From: a virus
Direction: 5' to 3' (one strand)
IMG/VR virus record: IMGVR_UViG_3300043436_002883
Location: 32,001 to 96,000 of that record
Length of the DNA: 64,000 bases
Shown: one piece after another, positions 7,847-14,355 of the stretch
How the letters are laid out: every line of letters starts with the position of its first letter
Numbering within the stretch: position 1 is the stretch's first letter
Position numbers and translations under genes: made by a program
The notes under the pieces: model-generated
The model's input: only the letters and a program-made list of their open reading frames with translations
Told to the model about the DNA's origin: nothing
Databases searched by the model: none

Positions 7847-7942
7847 TTATTCAAAATCTTCAAATATTTTTTCTAGTTGAAGAATTTGCTCATCGGTAAG
7901 ATGATCTAATTCAATTGCGTGTTCAAATCCATAAAATTCCAT
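7847..7942 (-). CDS. 31-aa acidic peptide
   Basis: MEFYGFEHAIELDHLTDEQILQLEKIFEDFE; TAATG coupling. Confidence 0.55.
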   Translation of the reverse strand: MEFYGFEHAIELDHLTDEQILQLEKIFEDFE

Positions 7943-8136
7943 TATTCGTTTTCCATTTCTGCTAAATAATCTTCGTGTTCAACTAGGCCAATCGCAAATG
8001 CTACTGGGTCGCAACATTCTAGAATTTCGGCGGGAGTAAAAGTAGAGTAACCAATTTTTACAGTAGGATAAACATCATTTAGTAAGTCAATAAAACTTTC
8101 TTTGATTTCTAAATCTTTTTCTAATTGTGATTTCAT
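7942..8136 (-). CDS. hypothetical phage protein (IL..CDP.AF motif)
   Basis: 64-aa ORF with AGGAG RBS. Confidence 0.8.
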   Translation of the reverse strand: MKSQLEKDLEIKESFIDLLNDVYPTVKIGYSTFTPAEILECCDPVAFAIGLVEHEDYLAEMENE

Positions 8137-8252
8137 TTATATTCTCCTTTTGAGATAAGTTCGTCTAGCATTTTTGCTAAATCGGGGTGAATGCCAATTG
8201 GGGCATCTTTCCAATAATTTTCTAATTCTAAGTTAGTAACGAAATCTCTCAT
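8133..8252 (-). CDS. 39-aa peptide
   Basis: Hand translation; overlaps both neighbours. Confidence 0.55.
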   Translation of the reverse strand: MRDFVTNLELENYWKDAPIGIHPDLAKMLDELISKGEYK

Positions 8253-8443
8253 TAGATACACGCTACGCATTCGCATTTAGGATTTTCACGAATAAGAACT
8301 TTTAGCAAAACCTTGCGTTGATAAACGCTAAGACCATAAGTGCTTTTAGCACCACCATTATTCCAATCGTGGAGAATACGATTTTCAAGAGCACCAGATA
8401 TTCCTAGTGCTAAGCCGATATTTGTTTTTTCTAGTGTAGTCAT
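8252..8443 (-). CDS. hypothetical protein with C-terminal CxCxxC
   Basis: Start reassigned to ATG 8443 after GAAAGG. Confidence 0.7.
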   Translation of the reverse strand: MTTLEKTNIGLALGISGALENRILHDWNNGGAKSTYGLSVYQRKVLLKVLIRENPKCECVACI

Positions 8444-8477
8444 TTGAGACCACCTTTCTTTTTGTTTGTATGTCGCT

Positions 8478-8674
8478 AGTATAGCAGGGGGGTCTGACAT
8501 TTTGACCCCTTTTTCGGGCGTGTCGGAAAACTATTTTTGTGATAAACCTCACAAATTCTAGGGTGTTTATCCACAGACCCTTAATCACCCTGTGGATAAC
8601 TCCCTCAAGTACTTGCGGGCGGATCAGCTTTTGTCAAGCCGACACGCCGTTAGGTTAGTGTGATTTATCCCACT
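8478..8674 (-). promoter_or_regulatory. regulatory cassette 7: promoter, CGACACGCC boxes, CRP box 8538-8553, DnaA boxes 8567-8575 and 8591-8599
   Basis: TTATCCACA and TGTGGATAA; TGTGAtaaaccTCACA. Confidence 0.8.
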
Positions 8675-8780
8675 CTCTAAAGTCTGCGACGATCTCCCGC
8701 CACATTAGGCGCATCATTAGCAGGGTAGGTATTCCGATACCTATTTGGACGGCGGTAGTTAGTAGGCGATTAGTAGTCAT
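8655..8780 (-). CDS. 41-aa membrane peptide
   Basis: Hydrophobic core; TAATG coupling. Confidence 0.55.
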   Translation of the reverse strand: MTTNRLLTTAVQIGIGIPTLLMMRLMWREIVADFREWDKSH

Positions 8781-8935
8781 TACTTATTCTTCTTTCTCTT
8801 GTAAATCTTATAGGCGGTTATTACTAGGGCGGTGATAATGATAGTGTGCCAAGGTAGATAGATAGCCCCTAAGAAACTATCTAATTCTAATCCGTAGTCG
8901 CTTGTTATGTATAACTCTAATCCGTCCGCTATCAT
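8780..8935 (-). CDS. 51-aa membrane peptide
   Basis: TM segment followed by KRKKNK; TAATG coupling. Confidence 0.6.
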   Translation of the reverse strand: MIADGLELYITSDYGLELDSFLGAIYLPWHTIIITALVITAYKIYKRKKNK

Positions 8936-9102
8936 TAGTCATTCCAATCTAGTGTTAGTGATTTGTGTAATTCATCATCATCAAAATCATCAGCGCCAAA
9001 ATCTACGCCTTCTGCTAGTGCCTTGTTATAGGCTTCTTCTTCATCTATGTAGACATAAGCATCTGCTACATCTGCCTGAATAGTATCCCATTTAGTCATC
9101 AT
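8935..9102 (-). CDS. 55-aa acidic peptide
   Basis: Hand translation; TAATG coupling. Confidence 0.6.
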   Translation of the reverse strand: MMTKWDTIQADVADAYVYIDEEEAYNKALAEGVDFGADDFDDDELHKSLTLDWND

Positions 9103-9251
9103 TACATTGACACCTTTCTCATATGTGCCACTACATTAGTGGAAACCTTTTGTAAGTCTGCTACGACTTTATTCATTTCATCTGCGCTATTAGCGGTAAA
9201 GTCAACGCCTAGTAATTGTGCGCCGTCCCATAGTGAGTATGTTATTGTCAT
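9102..9251 (-). CDS. 49-aa hypothetical protein
   Basis: MTITYSLWDGAQLLG...; AAAGGA RBS. Confidence 0.65.
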   Translation of the reverse strand: MTITYSLWDGAQLLGVDFTANSADEMNKVVADLQKVSTNVVAHMRKVSM

Positions 9252-9292
9252 TTTATTTTCTATCCTTTGTTAGTAGTTGTTAGTTAGTTGTT

Positions 9293-9344
9293 GAGCGGTT
9301 ATTTGCTAGGCTCACCTTTCGGATTATTTGCTAGGCTCACGCTC
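9293..9344 (-). repeat. two 17-bp direct repeats (GTGAGCCTAGCAAATAA) around a CC-GAAA-GG hairpin, inside a GAGCG/CGCTC stem
   Basis: Copies at 9299-9315 and 9324-9340. Confidence 0.8.
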
Positions 9345-9371
9345 TAATTCTTATTTAGTTGTTATGCTGTA

Positions 9372-9438
9372 ATTGTAGCCGATAGGGCTGACATTTACAA
9401 GCGACACGCCGTTAGGCGTTAGTGTGATTATGCTCACA
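9372..9438 (-). promoter_or_regulatory. regulatory cassette 8: promoter, CGACACGCC box, CRP box 9423-9438
   Basis: TGTCAG CCCTATCGGC TACAAT; TGTGAttatgcTCACA. Confidence 0.75.
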
Positions 9439-9516
9439 CTTGGACTCTATCTCGTGTCCATATTCCTCTACGAGTTCCTCGTAGATTTCATCCATATAGT
9501 CTAGATAATCGTTCAT
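9412..9516 (-). CDS. 34-aa acidic peptide
   Basis: MNDYLDYMDEIYEELVEEYG...; AGGAG RBS. Confidence 0.55.
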   Translation of the reverse strand: MNDYLDYMDEIYEELVEEYGHEIESKCEHNHTNA

Positions 9517-9683
9517 TAGTTATTCTCCTTTCCAAGAGTGTTGTGTGTAGCGTAGTTACCGCCACACATTACGCAGAGTGTCCAAGCGGTTACTCTACCG
9601 CACCCTGCTGAGCAAGATACATAGCCTAGACGCTGAGCGTCATTCTGATAGTCGTTACGACTTTCCCAAATTCTATTTGTCAT
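9516..9683 (-). CDS. 55-aa Zn-finger peptide
   Basis: CSAGC...CVMC; GAAAGG RBS. Confidence 0.65.
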   Translation of the reverse strand: MTNRIWESRNDYQNDAQRLGYVSCSAGCGRVTAWTLCVMCGGNYATHNTLGKENN

Positions 9684-9736
9684 TTTATTGACCTTTCTTT
9701 ATTAAGGTTAACTCCTTGTTAACTTCTTATACTATA

Positions 9737-9865
9737 AGCCTAACAGGGGGGACTGACATTTAGGGGGGTTACTGATGAGTATTCTCAAACTATTTTTGTG
9801 AGTTACACCACACTCACGCTCAAAATTATAGGGTTATGGGCGCACTATCGGACAAATCGGACATT
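9737..9865 (-). promoter_or_regulatory. regulatory cassette 9: promoter, near-CRP box 9797-9812, TCGGACA repeat
   Basis: TGTCAG TCCCCCCTGT TAGGCT; TGTGAgttacaCCACA. Confidence 0.65.
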
Positions 9866-10219
9866 AAAAATAGTGTGTATCATACATATTAAAAATATAT
9901 TAACATTTTCTCAAAAGTGACTTTGATCTATTGACTTACGAAAATATCAAATGTTATACTTGGAAAGGTTTCGGGGGGTTACACTAAGACTCAATATACC
10001 AAGTAATGCTTGGATTAGAATCTAGTAAAGCTCTCCCCTATCTTTCCAAAAAGATTTTTTAAATTTGGGGGGTAGGGGGGGTTTGCTAAAATCTAATTCC
10101 CAAGTATCCACTATACAATAAATGATAAAGATAAACAATATAGAAAAAATATTTTATTAACATTATGTAAAATCTTAAATCCTAGTCGACTGATAATTAT
10201 ACTGCTATATAATTAAGCT

Positions 10220-10501
10220 ATGTCTCCAGAGAAGATGTCGATCAAGAAACAAAAAGACTATCTGGCACGTTATTTAAAAGAGATAAAAGAAAAGAACCCT
10301 TGTATGGATTGCAAGATATCCTATCCGTATTATATGATGGACTTTGATCATGTTCGTGGAACCAAACATGCAAATGTGGCGGAACTAATCAATACGTTAT
10401 CTAAGAAACGAATAGATGCAGAAATAGCCAAGTGTGAGATAGTATGTTCTAATTGCCATAGAATAAGAACACATATGAGAAAAAAGCGGAAGGCAGGATA
10501 A
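10220..10501 (+). CDS. HNH endonuclease
   Basis: CMDC...FDH...KCEIVCSNCHRIRT. Confidence 0.9.
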   Translation: MSPEKMSIKKQKDYLARYLKEIKEKNPCMDCKISYPYYMMDFDHVRGTKHANVAELINTLSKKRIDAEIAKCEIVCSNCHRIRTHMRKKRKAG

Positions 10502-10612
10502 ATGAAATTTTGTAGTTATTGCGATAAGCTATCATATACATCTAAGATGTTAACAGATGGATCTATGAGATATTACTGCTCAGATCATGCATTAAATATT
10601 GCAGTTGACTAG
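10502..10612 (+). CDS. 36-aa Zn-finger peptide
   Basis: MKFCSYC...YYCSDH. Confidence 0.6.
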   Translation: MKFCSYCDKLSYTSKMLTDGSMRYYCSDHALNIAVD

Positions 10613-10632
10613 GATTATGGTATAATATAAAA

Positions 10633-10710
10633 ATGAACTGGATACAAGCAACAGTCATATTTGGACCAATAGTGGTTCTACTAATAGCATTTTGGAAAGA
10701 TATCAAATGA
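10633..10710 (+). CDS. 25-aa membrane peptide (leaderless)
   Basis: MNWIQATVIFGPIVVLLIAFWKDIK; ATG 6 nt after TGGTATAAT. Confidence 0.55.
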   Translation: MNWIQATVIFGPIVVLLIAFWKDIK

Positions 10711-10850
10711 AAAAGATCTATGCGTTAATTGCGTTAACTGCGACAGCAGTCTTATCAGGTGTAGCTTTGTCTAAATTTTTAAATTGGGCGGGACAGATAG
10801 AAATCTTTGATTTTGACCTAGATGAAGATATTGATCTTGAAGACTTCTAA
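10707..10850 (+). CDS. 47-aa membrane peptide with acidic tail
   Basis: MKKIYALIALTATAVLSGVAL...DFDLDEDIDLEDF; ATGA overlap. Confidence 0.6.
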   Translation: MKKIYALIALTATAVLSGVALSKFLNWAGQIEIFDFDLDEDIDLEDF

Positions 10851-10920
10851 ACTATATAGGTCAATACTCTGGCTATCTTGGCTTCTTATGGGTATGTATA
10901 TTATATCCTGGCTATTGTAG
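10837..10920 (+). CDS. 27-aa membrane peptide (TTG start)
   Basis: MKTSKLYRSILWLSWLLMGMYIISWLL. Confidence 0.35.
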   Translation: MKTSKLYRSILWLSWLLMGMYIISWLL

Positions 10921-11127
10921 AAAATTGCTAGCTTTTTTTCTCCCGCCCTTTTAAGGGCTTTTGTATCGGAGATACCAATTATGACCCTTTAAGGGCTTAG
11001 AACCCTCGTAGAGGGCTTATATGGGATATTCTAGAAAATAGCATAGATGACAAATGTGGTCTTCTCTCGCCGAAGCACTTTTTTCGCACTTTTTGCACTA
11101 TATGTCTAATATGTCTGTATTGTTACT

Positions 11128-11403
11128 TTATTTTTCAATAATCATAACTGCACAAGTTACAGTATTATCTTCGCCAAGAGCCCAAAGTCTGTCATCCTTA
11201 TACACATCTATAGACAAAGGCATTGAATCGTGTTCTAGTCTAATCCCGTAATTTGTAGTGCTTACATCGCTATTTCCAATAATGAGATGCTTATTGGAGC
11301 TTGTATTAGATATTATCAGTGTTGACTTTGCATTGATCTCATCTTCAATTGTTAGTTCAACAGGCGTTGTGTTATCTAGCGTATAGTTTCTAGTTCTTAT
11401 CAT
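11128..11403 (-). CDS. small beta-sandwich phage protein
   Basis: 91-aa ORF, G.SDV....YGI.L pattern. Confidence 0.75.
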   Translation of the reverse strand: MIRTRNYTLDNTTPVELTIEDEINAKSTLIISNTSSNKHLIIGNSDVSTTNYGIRLEHDSMPLSIDVYKDDRLWALGEDNTVTCAVMIIEK

Positions 11404-11407
11404 TTGA

Positions 11408-12055
11408 TTAACCCATTACCCAATCGCTGTGCTTATAGACCCAGTCAACAAAAGTATATTTAATTCCAGATGTAACATCTTTTGACTTATATACCTGTCC
11501 TCCATCTATAGGAAAGCAATACAAAGTGTTTGTTTCAGGAAGAATTTCAGATCCATCTGATAATGTTATAATTTCTCCGCCAGTCCATTCACCAAGGTAA
11601 TAGCATGCTACATAGTCTGCTGATTTCCAGGTGTCTGCTCCGCCCCATATTCTATCTACATTGTCACTAGGTCTTGTTCTGTTAATTGTGTTATGTTCGT
11701 TAGTCCAGTATTCGTTAATTATACATTCAATAATTGAAGAGTTTAAAGTTTGAATGGAAAGAGGTGTAGAAATTCTACCGTGAATTTCAGAGTCTGTTGG
11801 GTGAGTAGACCAAGACTCTTCATCAAGAGCATCACATTGAAATAGTATATAGTTGTAGTCATCCAGGTTTAACAAGTCTGGGTATTTAAGAATTCCATTG
11901 CCCATATCAACAAACCCTAGCTTTTTACTAAGATGAACTTGTTCAATTGGACGGTCACCTTTAGATTCAGAAATAGATATTTCATTAGATATTTCTTCAA
12001 CAGGTTCTTCGTTATTGTTTTCAGGTAGATTTGTTTCCCAAATAATTTCAGCCAT
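11408..12055 (-). CDS. degenerate 2OG-Fe(II) oxygenase-fold protein
   Basis: YYL.EWTGGEI, P..NTLYCFP and VTSGIKYT are retained; Fe-binding His residues are absent. Confidence 0.65.
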   Translation of the reverse strand: MAEIIWETNLPENNNEEPVEEISNEISISESKGDRPIEQVHLSKKLGFVDMGNGILKYPDLLNLDDYNYILFQCDALDEESWSTHPTDSEIHGRISTPLSIQTLNSSIIECIINEYWTNEHNTINRTRPSDNVDRIWGGADTWKSADYVACYYLGEWTGGEIITLSDGSEILPETNTLYCFPIDGGQVYKSKDVTSGIKYTFVDWVYKHSDWVMG

Positions 12056-12057
12056 TT

Positions 12058-12615
12058 TTATTTCTTTTCCGTTAAAAAAGTAGAGTAAGCATATCTTATT
12101 CCACTTGTAACTTCTGCAACACCGTGTCTAATTAAAGCACCATGTATTAACAGATCACCAGATTTTGGTTTAATTTTTAATCCCAATAATGGGTAGTATA
12201 TTTCTCCACCTTCAAACTTATCTGTAAAGTATGCTACAACTCCATATTTTGTAATAGCACATGTGTTGAAGTCATCATTTGAAGTTGCTTCTCCATCTTC
12301 CCCGCAAGTATCTTCGTGCTCGTGCATACTATCTCCAACAAACATTCTGTGGAAAGAAGAGTTTGCAGTAGCTACATAGCCAGGAGATACGAGATCATTT
12401 ACTCTGCTATTTATATCAAGAAGTTCTGGGATAGCAATGCTTACCTTTCCGTTGTACCAATCTAGTGGGCTATTTGCTTCATTCCATTGTGGCTCAGTAA
12501 GTCCGTTAGCAATGTTCTCTAAAGAAACGCACTCCTCTTCATTTAAAAAGTTTTCATACACCCAGATATCGTCATATATTTTTTTAACGTTAGGATTGTT
12601 GTCAAAATTAAGCAT
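12058..12615 (-). CDS. 2OG-Fe(II) oxygenase, prolyl-4-hydroxylase-like
   Basis: HED...YF.D.FEGGEI.YP...KPKSGDL...HGV..VTSG.RY. Confidence 0.9.
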   Translation of the reverse strand: MLNFDNNPNVKKIYDDIWVYENFLNEEECVSLENIANGLTEPQWNEANSPLDWYNGKVSIAIPELLDINSRVNDLVSPGYVATANSSFHRMFVGDSMHEHEDTCGEDGEATSNDDFNTCAITKYGVVAYFTDKFEGGEIYYPLLGLKIKPKSGDLLIHGALIRHGVAEVTSGIRYAYSTFLTEKK

Positions 12616-12769
12616 TTTTTTTCTTTCTCCAAAAAAATATTTTAGATAGAATTTTTTCTATCCGTAATTCTATTCTAGTTTCCATTTTGCCTGCATTAGT
12701 TTCTTCCTTATAATACTTTGTTCCAAAATAAGGGTTTTTCATTTGTTTAGAAAACTCATGAGGGGTCAT
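12608..12769 (-). CDS. hypothetical protein (leaderless start 12769)
   Basis: GTGTATAAT just upstream of ATG. Confidence 0.55.
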   Translation of the reverse strand: MTPHEFSKQMKNPYFGTKYYKEETNAGKMETRIELRIEKILSKIFFWRKKKNA

Positions 12770-12794
12770 ATATCTATTATACACCCCAATAAAC

Positions 12795-12830
12795 AAAAAA
12801 CCCAATCAGAGGCGGATCCGATTGGGCTTT
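12795..12830 (-). terminator. intrinsic terminator
   Basis: CCCAATC...GATTGGG hairpin followed by T6 on minus strand. Confidence 0.6.
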
Positions 12831-12914
12831 GCTGCCATTTAAGGCAATTATAGGGAACAATAAATTGCTCGACCTATAACATTATTGTATTGGATACAAT
12901 ATTTTAAGTCAATA

Positions 12915-13109
12915 CTAATCTACAGAAATCATTCCTCTTGCGATTAGTGCATCAACAATTCCACTGCACATATGATTATAAGCAGGTTGTGCTTGTAATA
13001 GAGCCTTTTCCAGCTCAACCAAGTCTCCCTTATTTTGCACAGTTGCTTGTCTAGATTGAATATTAATTTGTTCAACCATTGTGTCTACAACAGATTCTTT
13101 ACTCGCCAT
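12915..13109 (-). CDS. hypothetical protein
   Basis: 64-aa ORF in overlapping chain. Confidence 0.7.
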   Translation of the reverse strand: MASKESVVDTMVEQINIQSRQATVQNKGDLVELEKALLQAQPAYNHMCSGIVDALIARGMISVD

Positions 13110-13335
13110 TTTCTTCCCTTTCGTCTATTGAATAAGATGGACTAGGACCCAGAAGGAATCCCTCTTTATGATATTGTATCATTTTTCCTACTTCTTCTCC
13201 ACCTACTGCTCCTTTTGCCACCAAGGTCAGCATATCGTAAATTCGGTGAAGCATTATATAATTTACCATAGGTAAATTGTCTTCCAGAGATTGAGGCTCT
13301 TTTTCTTCCATTATGGTCTCCCCATATCTTCCCAA
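13099..13335 (-). CDS. hypothetical protein (YIMLHRIYD motif)
   Basis: ORF in overlapping chain; start may be ATG near 13311. Confidence 0.7.
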   Translation of the reverse strand: MGRYGETIMEEKEPQSLEDNLPMVNYIMLHRIYDMLTLVAKGAVGGEEVGKMIQYHKEGFLLGPSPSYSIDEREENGE

Positions 13336-13514
13336 AATTTTTCTCTCCCCATAGAATCTGTTTCCGTAAGGGTGTTTGACTCAAATTCATATGAAGAAAA
13401 TGTCTCTTCATCCGCCGCACTGAAATTCGCACTATTTTGCGGAATCACTTTAATGTGAAAAAAATTCTCTTCTTGTTCACAGGCACATTGCCCGTTTTTA
13501 CATTTATCCAACAT
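13311..13514 (-). CDS. hypothetical protein
   Basis: 67-aa ORF; C-terminal DSMGREKFWEDMG. Confidence 0.6.
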   Translation of the reverse strand: MLDKCKNGQCACEQEENFFHIKVIPQNSANFSAADEETFSSYEFESNTLTETDSMGREKFWEDMGRP

Positions 13515-13713
13515 TTTCCACCGCTTTCACGATATTGTCGTAATCTTTAGATCCAAGGACTTTTTTATAATTACAGGATAAGCAGTAAACAAATACCCTG
13601 TCTTCGCCGTCTTGATTAGGATAAAGAGAGCCTTGATCCATTGGGCATAAAAGCTCTGGAACAAGGCCCTCTTGTGATAAAGAGAGATACTTCGATACAT
13701 ACTGTACCTTCAT
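13504..13713 (-). CDS. Zn-ribbon protein
   Basis: CPMD...CLSC; TAGGA RBS. Confidence 0.75.
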   Translation of the reverse strand: MKVQYVSKYLSLSQEGLVPELLCPMDQGSLYPNQDGEDRVFVYCLSCNYKKVLGSKDYDNIVKAVENVG

Positions 13714-13718
13714 TTATC

Positions 13719-14270
13719 CTACTTCTTTTCAGTTGTTGGGAATCGCAATAGCCATTCCTGCGCTTTTGGGGTCATACCCTTCCAGCTTGACCAATCTAAA
13801 CCGCCGTTGGTCATATAGTACGTTATCTCTGCGTTTGTTACTGGGTCGAATAACTCTTTGTTACTCTTTAGGTTGAATTTCTCTAGTCTGTCTGGACCGA
13901 GATCTCCAATCATGTTTATCTGGAATACTCCGTAAGAACTATCTCCAGTTTTCCTATCCCCGTTATATGCAAGCGGTCTTCCGTTAGATTCACGCTTTGC
14001 TATTGACCAAGCTTTCTTAAGGCCTGCTCCTTCGAATCCTACAGTCTTGAGTAGCAATACTAGCTCTTCGTCTGTAAGCATCTCAGATGGTTTGTAAACT
14101 TGATTACTGAACTTATCTAAGACTTCTTGCTTTAGTTGGGCTTCAGTTTTCACTAAAGGTTTTACTACTAAGGCTTGTGCGGGCTGGACTGGAAACATAA
14201 ATAATGTTATCATTACTATTGTAACCAGATTATGAGCCAAATCACTAACCTGTTGTTTTATTTTCTCCAT
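13719..14270 (-). CDS. secreted/anchored lytic transglycosylase (lysozyme-like, SLT fold)
   Basis: Hydrophobic N-terminus with AQA site; catalytic RES motif, SYGVFQIN, DP..NA, WSSW; GGAGG RBS before ATG 14270. Confidence 0.85.
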   Translation of the reverse strand: MEKIKQQVSDLAHNLVTIVMITLFMFPVQPAQALVVKPLVKTEAQLKQEVLDKFSNQVYKPSEMLTDEELVLLLKTVGFEGAGLKKAWSIAKRESNGRPLAYNGDRKTGDSSYGVFQINMIGDLGPDRLEKFNLKSNKELFDPVTNAEITYYMTNGGLDWSSWKGMTPKAQEWLLRFPTTEKK

Positions 14271-14303
14271 TGGCATTTCCTCCTCTAGAGATAACGAACT
14301 ACA

Positions 14304-14333
14304 ATCATAACATTGATAGGATAAGCCTGTCAA
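14304..14333 (-). promoter_or_regulatory. sigma70-type promoter
   Basis: TTGACA-N18-TATGAT. Confidence 0.6.
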
Positions 14334-14355
14334 GCCAGTCAACCAGAAAGAAAAC

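Noticed and set aside
1683-9865. CRISPR-like array
   Set aside because: Repeats are degenerate, separated by whole genes, and lack constant spacer length; no cas genes.
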